64,000 nucleotides of DNA from Eledone cirrhosa. Its lineage: Eukaryota. Made by a program: the position numbers and the translations under genes. The stretch is from NCBI GenBank assembly GCA_964016885.1, contig OZ024745.1, forward strand, positions 74,400,001 to 74,464,000, in the 5' to 3' direction. Under the pieces are notes generated by a model. The model ran no database searches. It was given only the letters and a program-made list of their open reading frames with translations, and was not told the origin of the DNA. Shown here piece by piece: positions 13,679 to 27,682 of the stretch; within the stretch, counting starts at the first letter, position 1; every line of letters begins with the position of its first letter.

Positions 13679-14690
13679 TTAAGGAGTTTGCTTCACAACC
13701 ACATAGGTCTGGGTTTAGTTCTGCTTCACTACTGTATTTTGGGCAAGTGCCCTCTACTATAGTCTCGCATTGACCAATGTCTTGAGAGGGAAATTAGGAA
13801 GCTACAGATGCCAGTCTTGTGTGTGTGTGTGTGTGTGTGCGTTTAAGAAAATGGGCAATTTTATTGTCAACAGTACATTACTAGTATCGACTTGTGGTGG
13901 AATGAAATGTGAAGTCAAACCCCAACTGGATTTGAACTCAGAAAGAAACTCATCATCATCACCATTTTACATCCATTCTTCCACGTTAGCTGGATTAGAC
14001 AGGTTGTCCTGTTGTGGGCAATGCCAGGTCAGGTGACCATGTCTTATTCAGTAATTGTATCATTTCTACATACCTTCCTGGTTTATAAATCACCCAATAC
14101 CAGCCCAATACTAGCTCTCCTACATGGACCTCACCATGGTTCCATCATTTATTGCAAACATTTATTTACATCTCATCCCTTCTCTCCTTCTCCACACTCA
14201 CTTATTCCCTTTGTCTTATAGAGTCTTTATTGACTCCCTTTTTTCTCTCATCTCCCTCCTCCATCACTCCTTCTCTGTCATTTCCCCCTCTCTCTTGCAT
14301 TTCTCCATCCCACTCCCTTATCTCCAATATTCATTTCTCATACTCTATTCTCTCACTCCTCAGCCCTCACTCTCTCTCATTTGTTCAGCTCTTCCAATAT
14401 CTTACTTTCTCTCTTCCTATCCCCTGCTCTCCCACTACTACCTTCCTCTCTCCCCCTCTCTCTCAGTTCCCTGGCTGCCATTATATACAGATATTTACAC
14501 TGCCCCACACTCCTTCCCTCATACATCATGTTTATAAACTAACTATGGCTACAAATTGAAATAGTGTTAATTAGCCATGACCTTCATTATTGTATTCATG
14601 CAAATTATTAAGCTTGACCCATATAATGCTTATTGTCATTTAATAACCAGATGCTAGCATCCTTCATTTTTATCATTTGTTATCATTATG

Positions 14691-15240
14691 CAGAGGTTAG
14701 CTTTGCTTTTCATCCTTACCTTATGGGGGTCAATAAAATAAAGTACCAGTAATGCACTGGGGTTGATTTAATCGACTTCCCCGATCCTCAAAATTGTTGG
14801 CCTTGTGACTAAAATCAGAAACCATGATTAGGGCAGTGGATTGGCAGTATCGGTAGAGGGTCGGATGCCATGCTTTGACGCATAGAGTTACGGCCCTTGG
14901 CAGTCTGAGTTCAAATCCCGCCGAGGTTAACTTTGCCTTTCATCCTTACGGGGGGTCGATAAAATAAAGTACCAGTAATGCACTGGGATAATTGCTGGCC
15001 TTGTGCCAAAAGTAGAAACAATTATTATTGTGGATAGGGTGGTATCGGTAAAGCGTCAGACACCGTGCTTTGCAGCATAGAGTTACGGCCCTTTACGTTT
15101 TGTGTTCAAATCCTGCCAAGATTAGTTTTGCCTTTCATTTTTATGGTGTCGATAAAATAAAGTACTGGAGTCTATGTAATCGACTTTCTCCTTCTCTTCA
15201 AATTGCTGGCCTTGTGCCAAATGTAGAAGCAATTATTATT
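14691..15240 (+). mobile_element. Head-to-tail array of three tRNA-headed Meta/MESC-like SINE units
   Basis: Repeated 'gagttcaaatcccgccgaggttaactttgcctttcatccttacggggtcgataaaataaagtaccag...ggccttgtgccaaaagtagaaacaattatt'. Confidence 0.8.
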
Positions 15241-15344
15241 ATTGTAGTATTACTACTACTACTACTACTAGTGGTGGTGGTAGTAGTAGCTGCAACAGTT
15301 GTAGTGCTTGCATTGTTTGTTGATATTATTGGTTTGTTTATATC

Positions 15345-15620
15345 TTCTTCTTCAGAGGGTTGTTGGGGCAGAATCCTCAAATACTCCTTCCAGTGGGTCC
15401 TGTCAGAAGCATCTGTTTCCAACTGATCCGACTGAATCCCCAAGTGAAACCAGCCGAGTTCATGGATATTATCCACCCATCTTGCTTGGAGTCTACCCAT
15501 GGCTCTCCTGCCAGTTAGTTTTGCCTGTAAAATCTGCCCAGCGATTCTTTCTTGAGACATTCTAACTACATGCTCTACCTGGAATGACTCTCTGATCTCC
15601 GAGCTATGCACTCTATCGAG
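15345..15620 (-). mobile_element. 3' fragment of Rex3/Expander-like RTE LINE
   Basis: HVVRMSQERIAGQILQAKLTGRRAMGRLQARWVDNI...DRTHWKEYLRILPQQP. Confidence 0.8.
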
Positions 15621-15868
15621 TAATGTTTCTCTTCTTGCTATTATTACTAATTAATGTACTCCTTATCTTTTATATCTTTAATCTTAACACCACTGCATGA
15701 CATTAATCCAACATGGCACCTCAATACTATCATCATCACCAATACAAACACCAAATACTCTTTAAAGAATAAAGTAAGGGAAATATTTTGGATTACTCCA
15801 CCCCAAAATTATTTTTTTAAATATATATAATTGTAAACCTATTGGTCCTTTGTAGTAAACACGTTTAA

Positions 15869-16098
15869 CCCTTTAGCTACCAACCTGGCCAAAACCAGCG
15901 CTGATTCTATGTAATAAAACCACCCATTTTAAAGGTTTCCAGTATAAATTAAAATCTTCCAACATAACTTTATATAAAGAACTTTACATTAAGCTACTAT
16001 CTTAGTAATGAAATAATTAGTTTTAGTAAATCCCTCAAAATTCTTCATTAATTAATTAAAATAGAGTGTATTTCATTACAAATATTGTAATGAAAGGG
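15869..16098 (+). mobile_element. piggyBac-like MITE family B
   Basis: TTAA|CCCTTT ... AAAGGG|TTAA; copies at 18174-18388 and 62959-63147, and reversed at ~12180-12403 and ~11710-11860. Confidence 0.75.
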
Positions 16099-18761
16099 TT
16101 AACATTACTATTGGTGTAACTAAATGATTTCAATTAGATCAAAATCTTCTAAGAATAAGCAGTGTGGGACGGGGGAATTGATAATTTTTCTAAATTTTTT
16201 TTTTTTTTTTGTAAACCAGAATTAGTTGTTTAGTTTACATCCTGTCTCTGTGTGGACACTTATTTCTGGTTTCAGTGGTTAGGTAAATGAAATAAATATC
16301 CCTTTGTATAGGATACTAAGCTATCACTGCTAAGTTTTTTTCTGTGAGAAGGTTAAACTCAACATTTGTCTATATTACTGTGTAACCACAGATTACAGCA
16401 ATAAATTATACCCGATTATTAAAGCTTGAAAACTAAAAAATTGAGAATTGTTTTGGATGTAGAGAGAATGTAGGACTAATGACAAGAGAGAGACACTGAT
16501 TGGCTCTTAGTTGGCTTCCAGTACCCTAATAATTCAGCCAACTAATCTTTTTAAAGTTTGAACTCTGTGCTGAGATCTTACCATGGATGTGAGTTTGAGA
16601 AACCCTCTTTTGAAATCGATAGAGTTAAGTAATGATCAATGGCTTGGTTGATTAAGAAAAGTCAAATATTTGACGCTATTTACTACACATGCACCATGAA
16701 ATTTATTCAGTCTGGTTAGATTCAGATCTTAAAAATCTGCTGCAGTGAAACAGTAGTGATAAAAGATATATTCTTTCTGATATCCACAACAAAACCCAAT
16801 GTCATTAGTGACTTTTGAAGATAATATTGGTGGTTTGATCACAGTGGAGAAGAATGGTGTCTTCTTTTGTTAAAGTTAGCAATGGAAACTGTAACTGAAC
16901 AGTAATAAGATAACTAATTGTATCTACGAGGTGTGTGTGGGGGGGGGGGGTATAAAGAACATGAAACAAGCTTGTGTGGCTGTAAATATTATAGACATGT
17001 GAGGAGGAGGAGAATGCAATATGTTTGTGACAATAATTAGTAATTCTGAAAAAGAAAAACTGGTAAATGAAAAAAAAAGAAAATTGCCTAGCAGAGAATC
17101 GGGTTGGTTAGAAAATGCTGGGATTGAAAGTATATATGACCATACTATTAATCTATGTTAATATTGAAAAACAACAGTAAAATGAAAAAGGAATCTACAT
17201 GGCTAACTGTCATAAGCTAGTCATCAAGTAGTGAAATGTGTCATGCAATCAAACAAACATTATTTTTCTCTGTGATTTATAGCTAAAATGAACTTGATTT
17301 TTCTGTTCAGTAGCTATTTCTCAACTATTTGTAATTGGAAATTATTTAAATTAAAAGCATCAATTCAATTCTTATCACTTTGGAAATGAGGGTTTTCCAT
17401 TACTTTTCTTAAACCAATTAGTTTCTAATTAGACAAGAGTAAATCATCAACCCGATTACAGTTTGACCATTACTATTAAACAGCCACTATAGTTAGTATA
17501 TCATGATATGATAAATATCTTCACAAACCAACCATATAAGCTCATACAAAGATAATGCTTAACTCTTAATTCAGTAATGTTAGAAAGGTGGGTCTCTGGT
17601 ACCTATTCCTTATAGCTTGATTAATGGAGACATGTAGATTTAAGACAATGAAATGACTAAATTGGATTTAAATCTAGGAGTTGGTAGTCCAATATCTTAT
17701 CTACCTTTGTATTTTGCTTGTCACACCTTACAATATTTCTTGTAGTTTGTGGTAGAGCCATTAAAGTGGATACTTGTTTGGCCTGTCTGCATTTTGAGTT
17801 CAAATTCCGCTGAGGTCCACTTTACTTTTCACCTTTTTGGGGTCAATAAAGAAAGACTAGATCATGTCTGGTGTAACCATCTCTCCTTCCAACTATCACA
17901 TCCTGGATATTCCACTGAATCAAGGGAGTGATAGTCAGGAGAGTATCTGTATCAGATTGGGACTGCATAGACACCTAAAACTCCTAGTGAAATCATGGAA
18001 CATACCACCACGTCATACTCAATTGTGAATAATGGCTGCTGATTTTATATAAATAAGATTGTGACTAAGCCAAACCTCATTAAAAGAGAAAGTAGTCTAA
18101 CTTCATTATCTAACCTCAATATAACTCTTGGCTGTCTCCCTAATCAATGAATATTTCACGTAAAAGCAATTAACCCTTTTGATATCTACCTGCTCAAAAC
18201 TGGTTGTGGTTTTATAAAATAAAACTACCTGTTTTAAAGGATTCCTACTTAAATTAAAATCTTCTAACTTAATCTAATATAAGCACCCTTTGTTATGTTA
18301 CATGTGCCATTTTAATATTGAAATAATTAATTTTTCATTTATTTATTCAAATACAGTGTATCTCATTAGAAATACAGTAATGAGAGGGTGAAAATATTTA
18401 CAGTTCTAGGACCTCACTAAAATTCAAGGAGAATGTTGACAAGAGAACCCAAAATGTTAGTTTCTAAATTCTCATGACACACCAACATACCATGCTCTGT
18501 ACAGTTTTTACTGAACTTTAATCAGATGAAAACTGCTAGAGGTGCAGAAGCTATACTTGAAAATGTGTAGCAATTACCTGCTCTATTGGTTGTGGGTTAC
18601 CATAATATCTTAAGTCTACTTCTTAGTTCATTAGTATAATTGAACTATTTACAATTTAGACATGATTTGTTCACATCTAATTCTCCTCCCAACTCATGTT
18701 GCCATTAATTGGATGAACTTACTCAAACCTATCTATCTATCTCTTTCACTTCATCCACCTT

Positions 18762-18762
<1 letters not shown>

Positions 18763-18851
<89 letters not shown>
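18763..18851. repeat. (CT)n microsatellite
   Basis: Direct inspection. Confidence 0.95.
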
Positions 18852-18853
<2 letters not shown>

Positions 18854-19187
18854 GTCCACCTAACTAATGCTTAGTATTCTCTATCTAATTCTTAATCATA
18901 TTCTAAAGACTTTTACTGGAGTCTCTCTCATCCATTCTCACATGACCATATTGAATCACCACTTTCCATTATTAATCTAATGGAGCTAAGATATATTTGG
19001 AAAACTAGACTGTTGGTTACTACTACTACTGCTGCTGGTTTTGTGTCGATTATTGAGGAATGGACATTCACATAAGCATATGGCTACTATTGCTGCAACA
19101 ACCATTACTACTGCTAATCCTTCAATATATCAATCCCTCACCAAATTTGTCATTGTTATTATTATTCTCCAACAAAATTAAGTTAGT

Positions 19188-19570
19188 TGGTGCCACAATA
19201 AAATGCATTCAGCCCACACACTATAAAGTGGCAATAATGGTGCCATGATAAAAAAAAAACACCTAAAAAGCATCCAATCCACCCTATCATGGTAGTGCCA
19301 CAATAAAATCCACTCAGCACACACTATAAAGTGGCAGTAGTGGTGCCAAGATAAAAAGCACCCAATCCACTCTGTCATGTGGTCATGGTGGTGCCAGTAT
19401 AAAATGCATCTGGTGCACACCATGAAGTGGTTGGTGTTAGGAACGGCATCCAGCCTTAGAAATCAAACCGGAATGGAACATATGAGCAAGACACTGTCAT
19501 CTTACATGTCTGACCTCAGAAACCCATCAAACCCAATCAAGCATGGAAAATAGACAAAGTGGTGATGATA
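19188..19570 (+). mobile_element. SINE/LINE-3' repeat with tandem ~50-bp 'ggtgccacaataaaa.gcacccag' subunits and an RTE-type tail
   Basis: Homologous to 48360-48618, 30830-31003, 54390-54560 and 24570-25080. Confidence 0.75.
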
Positions 19571-19929
19571 TTGATAAATTCCTTGTTGAAGCCATTTTGC
19601 TTATACTGCTAATACTTTTGGAACAATAAGTAACATCACAACTTACTTGTTTACACTCCTCTCCAAATATTTATAGCTTGGGGGAATTATTTGTAACAAA
19701 CGCATTATTGATACCTTTATATATTTTCACAATGCTAGACATTTGTAAGTAAATGGGATAATCAGTTGAATTAACCCTTATACATATGGCTTAAACCACC
19801 TTCTATTGACTATGAAGAAAAGCAAAGTACAGCCAGCTTTAACTGGATTTGACTTCAGAATGTAGAGATGAAAGTTAGTTCAGTCTTCTACCATTTGATA
19901 TTTCATTTTCTAATATATTCACCAGAGCA

Positions 19930-20212
19930 TTGAATTGGCAGAGTTGTTAGAACATCGTATAGAATGCTTTGCAGTATTCATTCCAGCTCTCTGCTCTCTG
20001 ATTTCAAATCCTGCCAAGATCAACTTTGCCTTTCATCCTTTCGAAGTTCATAAAAAAGTACCAGTCTAGTACTGGGGTCGATTCTTCCTCTCTCTGGAAG
20101 AAATCTGCTGTACTCAGTCCTGGAGAGGGATGGGCTCCACCAGGCTTAAAATGCCCAAGAAACGCTGTGTGTCAATATAGCACCCCTATGACTCCATCAG
20201 GAGTTATGGGTT
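19930..20212 (+). mobile_element. tRNA-headed Meta/MESC-like SINE, tail type B
   Basis: A box tggcagagttgttag and B box gatttcaaatcc; homologs at 33496-33830, 38467-38760 and 36575-36870 (-). Confidence 0.8.
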
Positions 20213-20658
20213 CTAAAAAAAATTTTTTTTTAGATATTTACAGACTTAAGCTACTCGATAATTCTTGCTTCATCTAAATACAACTTAAAGCCTTCGGTCG
20301 TCTTCTTAAATCATCCCAATTATAATAAATCAGTTCCCTAAAGAAATCTTTTCCATTTCAATCCAATTATTCCGCTTGTCCTACTTTGCAAAATATAACA
20401 CTTTCAATATGATAAAATCTAATTTTTATACAGCAGAGACATGAGTTGAAAATCTTTTATATAACTTTAATACTCTTAGTTTTGCTTCATTTATCTATTA
20501 CGTTTTCATTGTCCTCTGTACTTATTTAGTTTAATCTCTTGTCCTATTGTGCAATTCTTTCCATATATAAATATATATTGGCCACGCTGTACCTTGCTCA
20601 GACAGAACTGCAAATTTGGCAAGGATTTTTACAGCTGGATTCCCTTTCTAACACCAAC

Positions 20659-20705
<47 letters not shown>

Positions 20706-20736
20706 GTGGTTGGTGTTAGAAAGGGAATATATATAT

Positions 20737-22050
20737 AATGAAGGAAGTGTGGTAAGGAACCAGGTGGACCATAACGCACCAGAGTACTCGATACTTTGGG
20801 TAGTAGAGTGGGTAATAGGAAAAGGTTTAGGACCCCGACGGCAAAGCTCAAGCCGTTTTGATGGCTATTTCTGGACTAAATTCAATTTTTAGCGTGATAA
20901 TGAAATAGCCTAGCTTTTCGAGGGGTAATTCCATATATGGGCATGCGATAATCAGGTATTTCAAAAGGATTGGTCGAAGTTTCTTGTAAACACAGTTAAA
21001 TCTTTCATAGCAGTGGGTAGGGGGTGAGGGTGGCTGAACTTGCCTGTAGAACAATGAGGGAGTGGGTGAAGCTGGTCAGGCGTTAAAAGTAAATTCTATA
21101 CAGCAAATTCTAAGGAGTGTGGATGAAATAGGCTAGCTAGAAAGTAGGCGAAAATAGAATTATACAAGAATCTGAAAATTATAAAATTAAAAAAACTAGA
21201 GTCTAAAACAACTGTTATATTTTTAGCTGGTGTTGCATTTTCAGCCAATGTTATATAGAATTCACTGGGGTGGGGGTACTGAGGCTACAAAAGCCCAATG
21301 GGCTGCCTCAGGTAAGCAAAAGAGGAAAAAGGAGAAGGAAGAGGTGAGGGAGTGGAAAGAAGTGAGAGGAAGGGATAAAGGGAAAAAAGAAAAGAATTAC
21401 ATCTACCTATGTATGCTGGGTTTCCCCTATCTTGTTCGGCAAGTGGGGAAAAGAAGGATGTTACAGCCACTGTCTACCCACCCGGGTCATGAGGGGGTTT
21501 GAAGGCGAGGTAAGTCCTACGCAATTGGTGTTTACATGCGGTTACAAGTTCGTCTTTTTGTTTAGGAGTTGGTCCTTCGTAAACAGCATTTGTATTGTTT
21601 CCTCCGACCATAAGTTACACAGACGGCGTCCTCCCGATAGGAGTTAGCCCTGGAAAGTAAGCTCCAAGTAAGATGGTATGTGATGTTATTATCTTGGAGG
21701 TATCTTGGAGGTCCCAAACTCCGACAAAGCCTATATAGGATTAACTGCCTGTGACTTTAAGACCCGGCTCTACCAACACTGACATACGTTCAGAAACCCG
21801 GCCCAGCGACATGCCATTCCACTTTCAGGCCACATCTGGGACCTCCAAGCTAATAACATCACATACCATCTTACTTGGAGCTTACTTTCCAGGGCTAACT
21901 CCTACTCAGGAGGACGCTGTCCATGTAACTTATGCTCGGAGGAAATAATACAAATGCTGTTTATGAAGGACCCACTCCTAAACAAAAAAGATGAACTTGT
22001 AACCGCATACAAATACTGATTGCATAGGACTAACCTTGCCTTCAAATCCC
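20737..22050 (-). mobile_element. Penelope-like element copy B: minus-strand 3' end (20737-21715) plus inverted plus-strand GIY-YIG fragment (21716-22050)
   Basis: Homologous to 28030-29600; plus part reads DKAYIGLTACDFKTRLYQH*HTFRNP...HIWDLQANNITYHLTWSLLSRANSYSGGRCPCNLCSEE; 3' end abuts TA repeats. Confidence 0.9.
20830..20932 (-). ncRNA. Decayed type I hammerhead in the pLTR of copy B
   Basis: acccc-TCGAAAA-g..ggctatttc...gaaatagcc..c-AAAA-cggc...gccGTC-ggggt; the GAAA motif is mutated. Confidence 0.55.
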
Positions 22051-23269
22051 AAGAAACGCCATATGACACTACAGTGCCTATATGACATCATTGGGTGTTA
22101 TGGGACCATACCAAATACCTACCATAATTCTAAATGGACTTTGCTAGTATAAATTTAAATTCAACCAACATCAAATATCATTAGACTGTCTTAAGTCCAA
22201 GGAAGATACAAAAGCAGTGCAGGGGAAGAAAGGCTAGGTAGATATTTAGTGCAAGCTTTGGTGGTGGGAGATACAATAGGGATGATAAATAGAAGAGAGA
22301 CAATGCATTGAGTGGCATTGTTCAAAAGAACTGGTACAATTGTATTATTAATATAAGAAACAAAGAAACGTTTATGGGCTTAAAGGTTGTAACATGCTGG
22401 TGAGTGCATTTTTGACAATCAAATAGATGGCTCTATTTTGGATACAATTATCGGATGTCTACGTATGCAGGACCTAATAGAGCAAGATCCCTTTTAAAGT
22501 AAAGTCTGCAGGAAGATTTCAGCTCAATTATTGAGTGCTTATGGTGTTAATCTGTGTAGCTTCATAATCTCTATTTACAATTAGATGATTTTGACTATTG
22601 AGAATTAAGAATGCTTTCCAATGATATTGACTGCATACTGGCTATTAACCTTACCAACTTAGCCAACCAACATCAATTTTTAGTTAAAGTGTATAATGAC
22701 TATAAGAGTATTGAACAGAGAATATCACTGTGGACATGCATCTGAATGAATTCCATGATTGAAACATTGAATATAACTTGTTCAGCAATGAGTCAGAGAT
22801 GACCTGGGGTAGAAGATTAGTTCTTTTGATATTGAGACAAGTAGATGAGTTAATACAGAATATATCTAAATATCTAATTAGAAATGTACTATAGAAAAGA
22901 TACATCCCATTGATGATGGAATGAAAAAAAACAATCATTAAGCTGTCATTGAACTGATAAAGTTAATAGTGATGGTGTTGATGATTTTCAAATTGCTGAT
23001 TCATTCCAATTGCGATGGAGGAAGTAAAATGAAAAATGATAAAATTATTTCCTCTCGGTTTTCAATAAATCCAATAATTAGCCTAGTGACTTCTTTCAAT
23101 ATTTTATTCAGATCCAGAAGATATTCAGATAAATATCTATTGATTAGAAAAATGTATGTTTCAAATAGGGAGGTAAAGTGCTTTAACCCAAGTGATAGCA
23201 TTTAATTATTGATAGATTTAAATGGAAATAAGTCCTACTTCTTGCACTTGCGCTGCAAGCAGGTGTGAA

Positions 23270-24150
23270 AAGTTACAGCAGTAAAGGCATCCAAAGATAA
23301 GATATGGGTAGACTTTGGGATTAAGCTGGAATCCGACTTCATAATAAGAGATCCTCCTCCATGCCTGCTATCATGAAAATGACTGGGGTTCTCCTCCCTT
23401 CAGAGAGGTGCATCCTTGTGAGGTGGCGAGAATACTTTGTTGATCTTCTAAATTCGGTCAGAACAGCGACATCTCATGTACACACAGTGCATCTGGGAGC
23501 AATGACGGAGGTCACAAGAGCAATTAAAGAGCTAAAATGTGGCAAAGCTGCTGAAGAGGATGAAATTCAACCAGAGATGTTAAAAGCCTTAAATAGAGAA
23601 GGTATTCTCTGGCTGGCTGGTGTGTGCTGAGTGGCCTGGATTTCTGGAAAGTCACCTAAGCAATGGCAATCAGAAGTGATAATCTCAATTTTCAAAAAGG
23701 GAGATAAGAGAAATTGCTCCAATTATAGAAGGATCTCCTTGTTAAGCTTTCCTGGTAAAGTCTATGCTAAGAGTCTGGCAAAGAGATGTAGGGATATTGT
23801 TGAGTCCAAGCTAACTGATGAACAGTTTGGTTTTCACCTGGACGTAGCACTGCCGACCAAGTGTTCACACAGTGGCAGGTCTTTGAAAATCGTGGGAGTA
23901 TTGCCAAGAGGTGTATGCTTGCTTAATAGACCTTGAAAAGGCATATGACCACATTCCACAAGACCTGTTGTGGAAGGTTCTTAAGGAGTAGGGGATTGAT
24001 GGATAGCTTCTTATTTCCCTGATGTCTCTATACAAATGCCCTAGTATTTGTGTTCAGTTAAATGGTACTAAGTCAAAACAAAAAATGTGGGTGCTGGACT
24101 CCACCAAGTACTGTCACCTAATCTTCATGGACAGGATTGACTTGCAGCTG
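23270..24150 (+). mobile_element. RTE LINE RT fragment (Rex3/Expander-like), with stops and frameshifts
   Basis: RWREYFVDLLN, GKAAEEDEIQPEMLKAL, WQSEVIISIFKKGDKRNCSNYRRISLLSFPGKVYAK, DLEKAYD. Confidence 0.9.
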
Positions 24151-26981
24151 GTTTGGAAGTGGTGTCATGACTGGCAGGGGTAGGATCAAGAGAAACCATA
24201 CCTTTGCATTAAATCGATTACAAACCTCTATTTAAGTGGTTATGGTACCTGTGTGCATGGCTAAATAGTTAAACAGTTCACTTCCCAATCATGAAGTTCC
24301 AGGTTTGTTCCTACAGTGAAGTGCCTTAGGCAAGGGTATTGTACTATAATCTCAGATTAACTGAAGCCTTGCTACAGAAATTCGGTTATCAGAAACATGT
24401 GAAAACCTGTTAGATGGACTCTAGTTGTAATTTTAAGCTTTAGTCATATTATAATACAATGAATAGGTAGTTCTTTTGATTGAGATCTATTCATCATTGT
24501 CCACACACACACATGCACGCACACACGCACTCGCACACGCACGCGCGCGCGCACACACATACGTATATATCATCACCATTTAATATCTATTTTTTCATAC
24601 TTGCATGGATTAGACAGATTGTCACATTCCACTTTTGGCTTGGTTCATTTGGCTGGGTGCCTTTCTTAATGTCAACCATTTTAAAGCATGTACTGGGAAC
24701 ATTTTATTGTGGCACCACACACTACCACTTTATAGAGTAAGTTGCATATATTTTATTGTGCCAAGTTACATGTTGCTTGCTGAGGGAGGAGGTCACCCCA
24801 GAGTGAGAGAGCTAGCATCAAGTCATGGTGGTAGCCTTGAAAAGAGTGAGTTGAGGCTGGTAGTATATTGCAGGGGCATCCCTGGCTTTCCATGCTGGCA
24901 TGGGTTGGACAAAGAAGGTGAATCAGGGATGTGGGCAGGAAGAGGGGATCATAATGTGGAAGAAGGTGCAGTGTATGGAAAATGATTAATACATGTTGTA
25001 AAGTGGTCTTGTGGGTGCCACAATAAAAAGCACCCAACTTGCTTCTAAAGGGACAATCCATCTAACCCATGGATGTTAAACATGAATGAATCTAATTTGA
25101 TTAATTTCATCAAAGGGATTGCCTATAAATTGTATTATAGTGTAAGGGATTGTAAGCCTTTAAACTACAATTACAGCCCATCCAACATGCTTTCACTTGT
25201 TTCTGACAATTTATGTAATGCATGTACATGTATTAACAAAGCATGCCACTTCAATTGCCTCAGTTAACCTAACTGAAAAACAAGAAGCACTTCTAGTACA
25301 TAAGTTGGTACAGAATATATTTAAATATCTAATTAGAAAATGAATATATATCTCATTCAGCACTAAGGCATTTTTATGTTTATTTATACCTTATTTTACT
25401 AGTTACAGCCAGTCGGCTATGGCTGTACTGGGGGAAAGCTAAGATAATGTGAATTTGCATCCTCCTTAGACGGGAGTGATGGTAATATTCTCTGTATAGC
25501 TTTAATTGTAGAATATGGTGTTGTCAAGGTGAGTATGTGCTACATTTAGTCTATTGGTTGGAAGCCAGTTTTCTAGGTGGTTGATATAGGATTGAAATAG
25601 TTCTGTAGCAATGTCTGGGGAATATGAGATGGTGTGAATTTGTGTCTCAAATAATGGGTTGGGATCTCAATATGTAAACTAAACGACTAATTCTGGGGGG
25701 GGGGGGGGGTTAAAATCAATGGAGACAACCTAGAAACATTACCGATTTTCCACCCCCATACCCCTTCCGCTTATCCCGATCCCACTTATCCTCCCGAGAC
25801 CCGTCAGTATACAAGTTTATGCACAGTCGTTTTCGTTTTGCTAGGATTAGCAACCAACTATACATCAAACTGCTCTCTGTCATTTCCAAAAGAGTAAGGC
25901 ATTAGAAAATGCGATCCTAAATAAGATATGTCACACAACAAAAATTTGATTCTTGCGACTTGAACGGCAGTCGAACAACCAAAAGAGAATATGTATATAA
26001 GAGAAATGCGAGAGGTATGGGGGGGGGGCGTATCTGTGCGTGATTCCAGTCCAAATTCCTTCTATAGATGCATTAACATGTATATAATTCCTATGAGAAA
26101 GTGTGACAGAACTGAAGATTCAGCCACGTTGTTTATCCAGAATTTGTTTCACAAGAAGGAATTTAATTCCCTCCAATTAGAAGAATGTGCTTTGCTTAGT
26201 TTACTATATTATACCATCGTTGTTGTTTATGTTGATTTAATAGTCTTTGCTGTTGCTAGTTAGCTCGTTAAGGCATTGATTCATGCTTCTGTACAATGAT
26301 CTGATAATGTCTTACTTCTAGTATAGTATTGATTCTTCTGGACTTCAACGATCTTAACTGGTTAGATTTATCTTGTGTTATTGATTATAGTTGTGTAAAG
26401 TAACGAAATCTGATAGTGTTGCTATGTTTTCATAGTAATAGCCATTCCATTTGTCAAAAGTAATCTGATAATGCAGTTGGATGTTTAATGATTATGAGTT
26501 TCAGCGTGTACCTTCATACACACATATTGTGTGTGTGTACATATGAGAGAGAGATCTTAAATAAAAAATACAGACTAAACCATCGGGTAGATCCCAGTAA
26601 AGTAATTTAAAGATAAAAAAAGACTTCACAAACACCCTAGAGCTAGAGTATTCGTTAAACAACCTAAAGCTAGAGGGCTCAACAAATATCCTCCTTGCTG
26701 CAGTTTCATGAGCAAAGGAACAGAATTGACCATCCTAATTAATTAAGACAGTTTATTCTGCCAGAATATATATATATTTAAAAGAATAGAGGTGTAACAC
26801 ACGAGTTGTGATATATTAGTAAAAGGAAAAGAAAATGCTGACAAATTTTTCCCAGTGAAAAATAGTTTAATTAGGAATAAGTATAAATTAGTAATAAGTA
26901 TTGGTTAGTATTCTTAGTTTTAAGTTTTTACCGGTTGCGCTTTTCAAAAATAATTTTGAGATAGAGCGCCCGTGGTGTTTG

Positions 26982-27047
<66 letters not shown>

Positions 27048-27216
27048 CTATTTATAGTTATGTATATATTATAAACAACTATAAACAGGAAGGTCAGTAA
27101 TTTCTTAATTACCTTATTACCAGTAAGAGAAATAGCTCAATGTATGAACATCAGTTGTTTTACAGAGCAGGAAAATAAATAAATTATATAAATATCAAAG
27201 TTGTGTTCAAATCATT

Positions 27217-27270
27217 TAATAGCTGACAATCGTTTCTTCCAAACTCTCGTTTGGAATCATCGGACCATTA
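27217..27270 (-). ncRNA. Minimal type I hammerhead ribozyme
   Basis: taatggt-CCGATGA-ttccaaac gaga gtttggaa-GAAAC gatt GTC-agctatta. Confidence 0.75.
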
Positions 27271-27682
27271 TCAATGTTTGCACATATAATTAACCTCCTA
27301 TTCAACTGAACAATAATATAGATACATATAAATTGATGTTGTGAACAACAGTTTCGTATTTAAAGGGTGGAATGGATGTGACATATATTTTACGAGAATT
27401 GTACAATAATTGTACAAACATTCAAGTTCAAATTAAAATTAAATTAAAATCAAAAGCACGGAGTGGAATACATGCAACAGTTAAAACAAGGGAATAGTCT
27501 AAATATTAAAGAGGCATTGAAGAAGTAGTTTTGAGAAAGGAAGAGTGCAATAAGAATTCATATGCAGGCGTGTGGATAGTGCAACCGCGTAAGTCATATA
27601 CATGAGGAGGAGACAAGCAAAGCTATTATGCATATATAGATGAATAAATACTGCACTTTAAGCAAATATGTGCAAACATTGA

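Noticed and set aside
19188-19420. Regularly spaced repeats resembling a CRISPR array (also 46651-46768 and 10295-10545)
   Set aside because: Spacers are themselves homologous, the context is eukaryotic and there are no cas genes; these are tandem subunits
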